From positions 23,622,001 to 23,686,000 of the forward strand of contig OZ024756.1 in the NCBI GenBank assembly GCA_964016885.1: 64,000 nt of DNA. Direction: 5' to 3'. Made by a program: the position numbers and the translations under genes. The notes under the pieces were generated by a model. That model saw only the letters and a program-made list of their open reading frames with translations, was not told where the DNA came from and did no database searches. The DNA is from Eledone cirrhosa (Eukaryota). Shown piece by piece: positions 15,460 to 28,971 of this stretch. Every line of letters begins with the position of its first letter. Within the stretch, counting starts at the first letter, position 1.

Positions 15460-16185
15460 CGAACCAACCAACCAGCCATCCAACCATCCAGCCAGCCAAC
15501 AAACCAACCATTCAAACAGCCAACCAAACCAACCAACCAGCCAGCCAGCCAACAAACCAACCATTCAAACAGCCAACCAAACCAACCAACCAGCCAGCCA
15601 ACAAACCAACCATCCAGCCAGCCAACAAACCAACCATTCAAACAGCCAACCAAACCAACCAACCAGCCAGCCAACAAACCAACCATCCAGCCAGCCAACA
15701 AACCAACCATTCAAACAGCCAACCAAACCAACCAACCAGCCAACCAACAAACCAACCAACCAGCCAGCCAACAAACCAACCATTCAAACAGCCAACCAAA
15801 CCAACCAACCAGCCAGCCAACAAACCAACCATCCAGCCAGCCAACAAACCAACCATTCAAACAGCCAACCAAACCAACCAACCAGCCAGCCAACAAACCA
15901 ACCATCCAGCCAGCCAACAAACCAACCATTCAAACAGCCAACCAAACCAACCAACCAGCCAGCCAACAAACCAACCATCCAGCCAGCCAACAAACCAACC
16001 ATTCAAACAGCCAACCAAACCAACCAACCAGCCAGCCAGCCAACAAACCAACCAGCCATCCAACCATCCAGCCAGCCAACAAACCAACCATTCAAACAGC
16101 CAACCAAACCAACCAACCAGCCAGCCAACAAACCAACCAGCCATCCAACCAACCAGCCAACAAACCAACCAGCCAGCCAGCCAGC
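15460..16185 (+). repeat. 73-bp minisatellite built from aacc/agcc
   Basis: 73-bp periodicity (offsets of the repeated 72-aa ORFs). Confidence 0.9.
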
Positions 16186-16485
16186 AAGTAGGCCTCTTCA
16201 ATTCCAACGACCACATATGGAGTCATACGTTAGCGAATTAAGGTAGGTATTGCCAGCATGATGATAGTGATAATAAGGATTATCATCATCATCATCATCA
16301 CTATCATCACCATAATAATGAGAAGAAGAAGAAGAAGAAGAAGAAGAAGAAGAAGAAGAAGAAGAAGAAGAAGAAGAAGAAGAAGAAGAAGAAGAAGAAG
16401 AAGAAGAAGAAGAAGAAGAAGAAGAAGAAGAAGAAGAAGAAGAAGAAGACACCAACTGCGGTGAAGAAGAAGACGAAGCTAAGGC

Positions 16486-16589
16486 TGGGTATGAATTCAA
16501 AAGTCTTTAGCAAAAAAATCTACCACTTATTATTCCTGGACGACCTCAAGGTAAAAATGTACCCCAGCTTGGTTCCCGGTATATGTATT

Positions 16590-16670
<81 letters not shown>

Positions 16671-17290
16671 TTATATATATATATATATATATAGTGCTGA
16701 CATCAGAATGGAGTTCGGATTAAAAATGTGTTGTGTGTTAATCTTAAACAGAGGCAAATTAAAGCATTGAGGAGTTGGTGCTGCCATCAGGGAAGTTGTT
16801 ATGAAGCATATAGAAGAGGAAGGTTATAAGTACTTAGAGATAGTGGAAGTTGATAAGATAATGTAGGAGGAAATGATAGAAAAATGTAATGCTGAATACA
16901 TGTGCAGACTGAGACTTATTCTCAAGTCGAAACTGAATGGATGGAATAAAATGAAAGCTTCCAATACATGGGTAGTATCACTCTTTAGATATGGGGCGAA
17001 GGTGATCACATGGACAGTGGAAGAGCTAAACAGATTAGACTGAAAGCCAAGAAAGATAGATATTGACTAAATCTGGGGTCACCCAAAGAGCGACACAGAT
17101 TGACTATATGTACCAAGAACAAAAAGAGAAAGAGGACTGAATGGGGTGCAAAGACAGCATGAGAAGAGAAGAAAATAACATGGCCTGGTACATAACAAAA
17201 ATTCCTCAGAACCACTGTTGCTAGAAGTAAGAAGGTCAGAGATGTGCAAAATAGATTGCAAAGAAAATACATAGTACAAGCATTTGAAAA
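16486..17290 (+). pseudogene. Degenerate RT fragment of an R4/Dong-type (RLE) non-LTR retrotransposon, split by (TA)n
   Basis: [66 protein letters not shown]; stops and frameshifts. Confidence 0.8.
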
Positions 17291-17310
17291 TGAATGAAAC
17301 TGAAATATAT

Positions 17311-17480
17311 ATCATCATTTTACGTCCGCCTTTACCTGCTTGCAAGGGTGGGACGGGCCCTATTCAGCACAGCATCTCTCCATTCGGCACGGTCCTTCGT
17401 CATCTCCTCCGTGAACTTCAGCGATCTGAGATCAGCTCTCACCACCTCGGCCCATGATTTTCGTGGTCTTTCTCTACTGT
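17311..17480 (-). mobile_element. 3' end of an RTE-clade LINE
   Basis: Minus strand reads RERPRKSWAEVVRADLRSLKFTEEMTKDRAEWRDAV, followed by a (tga) tail. Confidence 0.7.
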
Positions 17481-17484
17481 GTCA

Positions 17485-18870
17485 ATTGGGTATATATATA
17501 GTATATATGTTGGATATATATATAGTATATATGTTGGATATATATATAGTGTATGTGTTGGGTATATATAGTATATAGGTTGGGTATATATAGTGTATAT
17601 GTTTGATATATATAGTATTCATGTTGGGTATATATAGTGTATAGGTTGGGTATATATAGTATATATGTTGGATATATATATATAGTGTATGTGTTGGGTA
17701 TATATAGTATATAGGTTGGGTATATATAGTGTATATGTTTGATATATATAGTATTCATGTTGGGTATATATAGTGTATAGGTTGGGTATATATAGTATAT
17801 ATGTTGGATATATATAGTATATATGTTGGGTATATATAGTGTATATGTTGGATATATATAGTATTCATGTTGGGTATATATAGTGTATATGTTGGATATA
17901 TATAGTATATATGTTGGGTATATATAGTATACAGGTTGGGTATATATAGCGTATATGTTGGGTATATATAGTATATATGTTGGGTATATATAGTATATAT
18001 GTTGGGTATATATAGTATATATGTTGGGTATATATAGTATATAAGTTGGGTATATATAGTATACATGTTGGGTATATATAGTATACATGTTGGGTTTATA
18101 TAGTGTACATGTTGGGTATATATATAGTATATATGTTGGGTATATATAGTATATAAGTTGGGTATATATAGTGTACATGTTGGGTATATATATAGTATAC
18201 ATGTTCGGTATATATAGTATATAAGTTGGGTATATATAGTGTACATGATGGGTATATATATAGTATATATGTTGGGTATATATAGTATACAGGTTGGGTA
18301 TATATAGTATATATGTTGGATATATATATAGTGTATATGTTGGATATATATAGTGTATATGTTGGGTATATATAGTATACATGTTGGGTATATATAGTAT
18401 ATAAGTTGGGTATATATAGTATACAGGTTGGGTATATATAGTGTATATGTTGGGATATATAGTATATAAGTTGGGTATATATAGTATATATGTTGGGTAT
18501 ATATAGTATATATAGTGTATATGTTGGGTATATATAGTATACATGTTGAGTATATATAGTATATATGTTGGGTATATATAGTATATATGTTGGGTATATA
18601 TATAGTATACAGGTTGGGTATATATAGTATATATGTTGGGTATATATAGTGTATATGTTGGGTATATATAGTATATATGTTGGGTATATATAGTATATAT
18701 GTTGGGTATATATAGTATATACGTTGGGTATATATAGTATATATGCTGGGTATATATAGTATACATGTTGGGTATATATAGTATACAGGTTGGGTATATA
18801 TAGTATATATGTTGGGTATATATAGTATATACGTTGGGTATATATAGTATATATGTTGGGTATACATATA
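17485..18870 (+). repeat. 22-bp minisatellite (gttgggtatatatagtatatat)n
   Basis: Visible tandem array. Confidence 0.95.
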
Positions 18871-18924
18871 GTACACAGTTATGTGAGCCATTCAGTCCTC
18901 CTGTTGTAGAGAGCTAATCATAAT

Positions 18925-19122
18925 AATGGTTTCTTATATAAGCACAAGGCCAGCAATTTAAATCGACCCCAGTGCGTGGTTGGTACTTTATTTATCGACC
19001 CCGTAAGAATGAAAGGCAAAGCTAACCTCGGCGGGATTTGAACTCAGATCATAAAGGGCCGTAACTCTGTGCTGCAAAGCATGGCGTCCGACCCTCTACC
19101 GACACTGCCAATCCACCGCCCT
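18925..19122 (-). mobile_element. SINE family 1
   Basis: Reverse complement of the family 1 consensus. Confidence 0.85.
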
Positions 19123-19140
19123 TAATAATAATAATAATAA

Positions 19141-19171
<31 letters not shown>

Positions 19172-20414
19172 AAGAAGAAGAAGAAGAAGAAGAAGAAAAA
19201 GAAGAAGAAGAAGAAGAAGAAGAAGAAGAAGAAGAAGAAGAAGAAGAAGGAACCACATCTCTAGCTTCCGAACACAAACATCTCTAGCAATGTATGCAAC
19301 AACAACAACAACTACAACAACAACAACAACAACAGTCAGAAGAAGAGCTAGCCTCCGAACACAAACATATCTAGCAATGTATGCGGTGTTTGTTTAATAA
19401 CGTCCACAACAACTTACCTCTCCCTTCTATTTTCAAACGAACAAGAGAGAAGCCACACAATACTGTAGCTACAGGGTCACAGTATAAACTCCGAAACATT
19501 AATTATTCTATCAGCAACAAATAAAAAACTATCATTTAAACATAAAAACACAGTTATTTTATTTTGTAGTAGTGTTATATGATATAAACATACGGAAAAG
19601 GAGAACAGTTGGAAAGGACTATAAATGCTATAAATGCGGCGAAAAGGGTGGGGGGGGGGCAGAGCAATGACTACTAGACAAAAAGAAGAAAGGTGGAAGG
19701 GGGAGAGGGGTGACAGACCCTGTACCTAGGTCAGAGTGATATTTCGGCGGCGCCCCGCGGACAAAATGGCGAAGGTGTTGATGGTAGTTGTTGCGGTAGT
19801 GGTAATGGTTGGTGTTGTGGTGCTGTTTGTTTGTGTTAGCGGATGTGGTAGTATAGTAGTGATGTCCTTTATGTTGTAGTTGTTGTCAGCGTTGTTTATT
19901 CATCGCTGATTATATATTTATCTATCTATCTATCTATTTATTTATTAATCTAACTACTTGAGACATGCCTTTTCCCGTATTTAAGACTTATTACAGTTTT
20001 CGACGAGAGAAAATTAGCCAATATTTAAAGTTAACCACCTTCCTCTTTATCTAATCCTGTCTCCTCCTCCTCCTCCTCCTCCTCCTTCTCTTCCTCCCCC
20101 TCTTCAACATCCCCCCACGACTTCCACCTCCATCTCCACCTCCACCTCCGTTTCGCCACACCCAGCGCCGCCCCGTCCTTTACTTCACGACACTGTTAAC
20201 ACTTTTGTCCCAGCTAAATAAACACTAGTGTAGATTAACGAGGCTATCGAATTAGCGAGATGATTGATAATAAATAACAGCGGGGGGAAGACACTCAAAT
20301 ATGTACATCATCATCCCGGATTTGAGAATCTGACGGTAGCAACGGCTGTTAATATTTTCTAAGCCGCCATATTGTTTATAGATTATATATTGTGTTTTAT
20401 ATATTCACACATGC

Positions 20415-20476
<62 letters not shown>

Positions 20477-20479
20477 GCG

Positions 20480-20543
<64 letters not shown>

Positions 20544-20565
20544 TATGTCCGGTAGTATATGAGTG

Positions 20566-20757
20566 AAGAATTGGATTCGCAATCGTGAGGTTGTGAGTTT
20601 GATTCCCGGACCGGACAATGCGTTATGTCCTTTAGCAAGACACTTTATTTCACGTTGCTCCTTCTACCCGGAGTTGCGACTGATAGATAGTATTAGCAAC
20701 TGGAAAGACCAATGGAAACATTGTTTCCTTGCTCCGGTTTGACGAAAGTCGATCGTT

Positions 20758-20760
<3 letters not shown>
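20566..20760 (+). mobile_element. tRNA-derived SINE (family 2 head, distinct tail) abutting (TA)n
   Basis: B-box-like gagtttgattccc, gcaagacactttatttcacgttgctcc; second copy at 40670-40846 on the minus strand. Confidence 0.7.
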
Positions 20761-20828
<68 letters not shown>

Positions 20829-20831
<3 letters not shown>

Positions 20832-21089
20832 GGGTGTGTATGATTGTGTATAGAAGATTATATTAATAAAAGGAATTCCAACTTTGTCTGATTTACTCGT
20901 TTTATTTACAATCCTTTATAATTATAATGATATTATAATGAAATAGTATGGTAGAATATTAAATGTTAAATGTTAATTGAACAAGTACTTTCATGCTTTC
21001 GCAATCTTCAGGTTCATATTCAGTGGTGACAGTCAAGTTTGCAATATTCAACTGTTGAAAATTGCAAATTTGACTGTCACCACTGAATA
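20829..21089 (-). mobile_element. Fold-back element family C (PLE 3' end)
   Basis: 3' end abuts (TA)n; hairpin 21017-21089 lies just 5' of the hammerhead. Confidence 0.7.
20978..21016 (-). ncRNA. Minimal type I hammerhead ribozyme
   Basis: tgaac-CTGAAGA-ttgc(gaaa)gcat-GAAA-gtac-TT-gttca; 5-bp stem I, palindromic gtac. Confidence 0.8.
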
Positions 21090-21284
21090 ATAAAACCACT
21101 GAGCAATAAAATGATTTGAACATAGCTTTGATTATTGTGTAATTTATATTCCGGCTCTGTAAAACATCTCATGTATTTACATTGAGCTATTTTTCTTACT
21201 GGTAATAAGGTAGTAATAAATTACTGACCTTTCCTGTTTATAGTTGTATATAGTGTATACATAACTATAAATAGTATCATTATG

Positions 21285-21415
21285 TCCCTTTACGATCTGA
21301 GTTCAAATCCCGCCGAGGTTAACTTTGCCTTTCATCCTTACGGGGTCGATAAAATAAAGTACCAGTAATATACTGAAATAATTGCTGGCCTTGTGCCAAA
21401 AGTAGAAACAATTAT
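21285..21415 (+). mobile_element. 5'-truncated SINE family 1
   Basis: Matches the family body and tail. Confidence 0.8.
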
Positions 21416-21717
21416 TATTATATATATATATATACACACACTCATATACTACCGGACAAACCTTGATGACAATATTCAAAGTGTTAGACAAAGGAAATAT
21501 TATAATTTCCGCTAACTTTCAGAATAAGCTCTCGACCAGATATTATTAAACAAACACAAATAATTAACCAATCAACAGAATTGTCTAATTAAATTAATTA
21601 GTTAATTATTAAATCTAGGAGAAAATAATATAATTGGGGGCTTAGTAAAATCGAATCTTTGGCGGTGTGCAAGCAAATTCGACCTACTCTATGAATGAGG
21701 TAGCAAAGCACTCGACA

Positions 21718-21762
<45 letters not shown>

Positions 21763-22656
21763 GGAAAAATTTGAACAGGGACAAAACAGAGAGGCAGTAC
21801 AACGAATGTTTATTAATTTCACGCTCTGGAGAGTGGGGTGTTGGTGGATGTCAATTTATTTACCTATCTATCTATATGTCAATCAGCCTATCTATCCGTC
21901 AATCTATCTATCTATCAGTTTATCTATCAAATCAATCTGTCAGAATGTATTTAGGATTTGTGCATTGTTGTTGTTATTGTTGTTCTTGTCCTTGCCCGAA
22001 CATTGGTATACACAACCACCACCACCACCTTCACTACAACCTTCACTATAACCTTCACTATAACCTTCATTATAACGACTAATTAATTGGATATTAGAAG
22101 TTATTATGGCACTGAATATCCGAAGATAGATACATTGGTAACTATATTACCACCACCACAATTGTAACTAAAACCACCTTCATCACCATGACCACTCCTA
22201 CCTCCTCCATCACTACCACCGCCGCCGCTTTCACCTCTACCATAACGACTACAATAGTTAATTGAATATTAAAAGTTATTACGGCAGTGAATATTAAGTA
22301 TTAAATATTATTCCAATCTCATTACCTCCCTTTATGGGGATTTTTAAGCCAAGGCTCAATTTTAACACCGGGGGTTCTGTTTCCCTTAAGCTGATTAACG
22401 AGACCCTCAAGGTGTACAGTGATGCACAAATACACACACGCGCACAAACACACAAACAAACACACACACACACGTACATCACACATGCACTGACACCACA
22501 AACACACACACACCTACACAGCACATACATACACACACACAACATATGGCTGTGAGGTTAAGGAATTCGCTTCGCAGCCACGTAGTTCGAGTTTCACTCC
22601 AGATCTCCCGTAAATAGAATTTGGTAGGCGGAAACTATGCAGACGCCCGTCACACT

Positions 22657-22691
<35 letters not shown>

Positions 22692-22702
22692 GTGTATGTA
22701 TA

Positions 22703-23092
22703 GTGGAGACACGTGGCCTAGTGGTAAGGGTGTTGGACTTATGATCATAACGTCGTAGGTTCGATTCCTAGGCTGTGTGTTGTGGTCTTGAACAAAACAT
22801 TTCATTTCAAGTTGCTCCAGTATACTTAGCTGAAAATGAGTACCAGCAATAGCTGGGGGTTTAACCCTGCAATGGACTGGCGTCCATTTGGCCAGTGCTT
22901 ATCCCGGTTTCATGGCGTGAAGCGACTGAGAGTGCAATACTCCCTTCTGGACAGGACGCCAGGGTTAAACCCCCAGCTATTGCTGGTACTCGTTTTCAGC
23001 CGAGGATACTGGAGCAACGTGAAATGAAGTGTTTTGCTCAAGAACACAACACAACACGCAACCCAAGAATCGAACCCACAACATTATGATCG
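22703..23092. mobile_element. Tail-to-tail inverted pair of tRNA-derived SINE family 2
   Basis: A-box gtggcctagtggt and B-box ggttcgattcc; ~22738-22868 is complementary to ~22959-23090. Confidence 0.8.
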
Positions 23093-24564
23093 TACACACA
23101 CACACACACACACACATAGTACCTACCTCTCTGTTTAGCTCCACTGACACTACCATCATCACGACTGCCACCGCTGCCTCCATCACCACCATCATCATCA
23201 TCAATACAAATATAATAAACAAAACCACGATCCCGATCCCAGACAACTATCACCACCACCACCACCACTACAACGACTACCACCACACTATGTATATATT
23301 TCCACCACTCCCAGACCCACCACCAAAACAACCACAAAACCACTAACGCCACCACCACCCCCATCACCAACACAACCACCAAAACTACCACAACCAGCAC
23401 TGAGACTACCACCACAACCAGCACCAACGTAACCAACACAACCACCAAAAATAACCACAAAACAAACACCACCGCCACATACACCAATACCACCAGCACC
23501 AACACCACCACCACCACCACCACCACCAAACAACACCACCACCACCAAACAACACCACCACAACCACCACAACCACCACCACAAAACAACACCACCATCA
23601 CCACCACCACCACCACCACCAAACAACACCACCACCACCACCACCAAACAACACCACTACCACCACCACCATCATCACCACCAAACAACACCACCACCAC
23701 CACCACCAAACAACACCACCACCACCACCACCACCACCACCAAACAACACCACCACCACCACCAAACACCACCACCACCACCACCACCAAACAACACCAC
23801 CACTGTCAATGCCACCACCACCACCACCACCACCACCAAATAACACCACCACCACCACCACCACCACCACCAAACAACACCACCACCACCACCACTAAAC
23901 AACACCATCACCACCACCACCACCTCCATCACCACCACCACCGCCACCACCACCACCACCACCACCACCACCAAACACCACCACCACCACCACCAAACAA
24001 CACCACCACCACCACCAAACAACACCACCACCACCAAACAACACCACCACCACCACCACCACCACCACCACCACCACCACCACCACCACCACCACCACCA
24101 CCAAACACCACCACCACCACCACCACCAAACAACACCACCACCACCATCACCAAACAACACCACCACCACCAAACAACACCACCACCACCACCAAACAAC
24201 ACCACCACCACCACCACCACCACCACCACCGCCACCTCCACCACCACCACCACCAAACAACACCACCACCACCACCGCCACCACCACCACCACCACCACC
24301 AAACAACACCACCACCAAACACCACCACCACCACCACCACCGCCACCTCCACCACCACCACCACCAAACAACACCACCACCACCACCATTACCGTGTGTG
24401 AGTGTCGTCTCTAGATGGAGGAAGATGAGGAGGAGGGGGATGAGGTAAAAAGAAGACGAAGAAGAAGGAGGGGGAGAAAAAAGGAGAAAGAGAAGAAGAA
24501 CAAGAAGAAGAACAACAACAACAATAACAACAGGAAGAACAAGAACAAAGAGAACAAGAACATC

Positions 24565-24612
<48 letters not shown>

Positions 24613-24633
24613 GTTATGATGATGGTTATGATG

Positions 24634-24669
<36 letters not shown>

Positions 24670-25278
24670 GTGGTGATGGTTATGATGATGGTTATGATGA
24701 TGATGATGGTGATGTTGTTATTGATGAGGATGATGATGATGATGATGAGGGGGAGGAGGAGGAGAAGGAGGAGGAGAAGGAGGAAGTGGAGGGGGGGGGT
24801 GATGATGATGATGGTGTTAAGGATGATGTTTTTGTTTTTGATGAGGATGATGTTGGTGATGATGATGATGATGATGGGGAAGAGGGGTAGGCGGATGATG
24901 ATGATGATAAGGAGGAGGAGGACGAGGAGGAGGAGGAGTGTGTGTGTGGGGGAGGGGGGAGGGGGGGGGGGGGGGGGGGCATTAGTCATAGTTGGACACC
25001 TAAACCTCTCCAACTAACTGCCTGCTGTGTTTCTTAATTTCTAACATTTAATTCAGGTTTTAACTTTGTCCGGTTTTTGTTATGGGAGAAGTTTAGGGTC
25101 TCTAAAGGGGCTGGGGGTAGATATAGGGGATGGAGAGTCAGCAACAATAACTCGAAGGGGTGCATTCTTCACTTACTGATTATTTTGATTTTAATTTTAT
25201 TGTTGTTGTTGTGGTTGTTGTCTTAGTATTAAATATAATAGTATTTTATTGAATATTATGTAGAAATTGTCGCCATTA

Positions 25279-25414
<136 letters not shown>

Positions 25415-26205
25415 TTATATATATATATATACTTATATATATATGTACACAAATATATACATATATACATACTTATATACTTATATACTTACAGATATAC
25501 ATACATACACACACATACATGCATATATACATACACACATATAGACATATATGCATATATATACATACACACATACACATATACGTACATATATACATAC
25601 ATATATATACATATATACAAATATACATACAAATATACATACATATATACATATATATATGCAATATATTAATAAATGGAAACTATATTTATAAAACCAT
25701 AATTATTTTATGTATGTGTGTGTACGTATGTCTGTCTTTATGTATGTATGTATGTATATATATATATACATATATATATGTATATATATATGTACATACA
25801 TACATAAAGACAGACATACGTACACACACATATATGCATATATATATATATACATATATACATGTATACATACATATACACATACAACATATATATATAT
25901 GCAGACAGACAAATAGACAGACAGTCAGGCAGATAAATATATATAGAGAGAGAGAGGAGGGGGAGAAAGAGAAGAACTAGAGTGAGAGAGGGGTGGTGGA
26001 GAGAAAGGGGTGTTGATGAGAGAGACGTGGGAGGAGAGAAATAGAGAGAGGGGCTGGAGAGAGAGAGGGGAGGAGGGAGAGAAGTAGAGAATGGGGGATG
26101 GAGAGAGAGAGAGGGCGGTGGAGTGGGTATAAGTAGAAAGAGAGAGATCGTGGATAAGGGGAGGGAGAGCGAGGGGAGGATGCAGGGAGAAGGGGATTGA
26201 GAGAG

Positions 26206-26241
<36 letters not shown>

Positions 26242-26951
26242 GGAGGAAAAGAAGTAGAGAGAGAAGATTGGAGAGAGAGAGGTGGAGGGAGGGAGAGAGA
26301 GAGAAGATTGGAGTGAGAGAAAGGTGGTGGAAAGGAAGTGGAGAGAGAGGGGGGGTGAGAGGGGGGAGGGAGATAGAGAGTGAAGGGGATGAAGACAGAG
26401 AGAGAGACAGAGACAGAGAGAGAGGGAAGAAAGAGAGAGAGAGAGATTGAAAGAGAGAGAGAAAAAGAGAGAGGTGAAGGGAGGTAGAGAGTGAGAGAGA
26501 GAGACAGAGAGAGGGGTGAAGGGAGGTAGAGAGTGATGGGGATGGAGACAGAGAGAGGGAGAGAAAGAGAGAGAAAGAGAGAGAAAGAGAGAGAAAGATT
26601 GAAAGAGAGAGAGAGAGAAAGAGAGTGAGCGAGAAAGAGAAAGGTGTAGAGAAAGATGGACGCAGACGAGAAACATTTGCCCAGATGGTTACCTCAGCAA
26701 TTGTTAATCTCCAACTCTGGCCGCCATTGTCTCTTGATCAAGCTCATCTCTTAGAAATTAACAAAGCTGTGAAGTGGAGGACGTGTACACTAATTCTACA
26801 GTTACGCAGTTACACATCTGTTTGACTTGAAATGACACAGCTACTAAATGGCAGACGACGTCGTCATCACCATCGCCATCATCATTATCACCATCGGTGT
26901 CACCATCAACATCACCAGCGGCATCGCCATCCTCACTAACATTATCATCGC

Positions 26952-27129
26952 CTTGGCAGTATTGGTAGAGGGTCTGACGCCATGCTTTGCAGCAAAGAGT
27001 TACGTCCCTTTATGGTGTGAGTTCAAATCCCGCCGAGGTTAACTTTGCCTTTCATCCTTACGGGGTCGATAAAATAAAGTACCAGTAATACACTGGAATA
27101 ATTGCTGGCCTTGTGCCAAAAGTAGAAAG
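26952..27129 (+). mobile_element. SINE family 1
   Basis: Matches the family consensus. Confidence 0.85.
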
Positions 27130-28163
27130 CATTATCATCGCCATCGTTACAATCACTGTCGTCATCCTCCTCATCGTTGTCATCACCATCATCATCATTA
27201 TCATCATTACCAACACTATCACCACCTCCACCACCACCATCACTACCACCACCTCCAACATCACCACCACTATCACCACCAGTACCACCTCCACCACCAC
27301 CTATACCACCATCTCCATCAACACCACCACCACCACCACCACCAAACACCACCACTACCACCACCACCATCACCATCACGATCCCAACCGCCGCCACTAT
27401 CACTACCACCCCCACCACCACCAGCACCACTACCACCACCACCACCACCACCACCACCACCACTACCACCACTACCACCACCACCACCACCACCACCGCC
27501 AATACTACCACTACCACCACCACCACTACCACCACCACCCCACCACTACCACCACCACCAACACCACCACCACCACCAACACCACCACCACCACTACCAC
27601 CACCACCACCACCACCAATACTACCACTACCACCACCACCACTACCACCACCACCACCACCACCAATACTACCACTACCACCACCACTACCACCACCACC
27701 ACCACCAATACTACCACTACCACCACCACTACCACCACCACCACCACCACTACCACCACCACCACTACCACCACCACCACCACCACCAATACTACCACTA
27801 CCACCACCACTACCACCAGCACCACCACCAATACTACCACTACCACCACCACCACTACCACCACCACCCCACCACTACCACCACCACCAACACCACCACC
27901 ACCACTACCACTACCACCACCACTACCACCACCACCACCACCACCACTACCACCACCACCACCACCAATACTACCACTACCACCACCACCACTACCACCA
28001 CCACCCCACCACTACCACCACCACCAACACCACCACCACCACCAACACCACCACCTTACTATTGTTATGTCTTCAAATATCCAGAAAATTTCCATTCATT
28101 TTTTTAAAGTCTCATTTATTTGACGTTACTTCAATTATTCCAGTTATAATTGGAATACATTGA

Positions 28164-28257
<94 letters not shown>

Positions 28258-28262
28258 CACTG

Positions 28263-28293
<31 letters not shown>

Positions 28294-28298
28294 CACTG

Positions 28299-28344
<46 letters not shown>

Positions 28345-28547
28345 CACTGCTACTACTACTACTACTACTACTACTACCAATACTACTACTACTACCACTA
28401 CCACTACCGCTACTACTACCACCACAACTACTACTACTACCACTAATACCACTACCACTACTACTACTACCACTACTACAACTACTACCACCACTACCAC
28501 TATCACTACCACCACCACTACCACCACCACTACCACCACTACTACTC

Positions 28548-28586
<39 letters not shown>

Positions 28587-28589
28587 TTA

Positions 28590-28726
28590 CACCAGTGTAT
28601 TACTGGTACTTTATTTTATCGACCCCGTAAGGATGAACGGCAAAATTAACCTCGGCGGATTTGAACTCAAATCATAAAGGAACGTAACTCTATGCTACAA
28701 AGCATGGCGTCCGAGCTTCTACCGAT
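28590..28726 (-). mobile_element. SINE family 1, partial
   Basis: Matches the family consensus. Confidence 0.8.
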
Positions 28727-28971
28727 AATAATAGGTTCTATGTTGTAATGAAAATGGTGACCTTCGAAGATATTTAAAGAAATAGAGAGAAAGTGACTCC
28801 CGAACGAGTATCTTCTACCTCCAACTTACTTACCCTCCGTCTCTGGGTCCTGGCCGACAGGATGGAGAATATATACATTTCCCTGGATGACAGCTAGGGA
28901 GACGCCCTGGAACAGTCACTCCAACTCGTGGACTCGCACCTGCGGGCGGCCAACTTCACCCCGATAACATT

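Noticed and set aside
19766-19880. AAAATGGCG start with a hydrophobic, signal-peptide-like frame
   Set aside because: Hydrophobicity comes from GTT/GGT repeats; early stop and no convincing donor site
22703-22770. tRNA gene
   Set aside because: A and B boxes are present but there is no cloverleaf, and it runs into a SINE body
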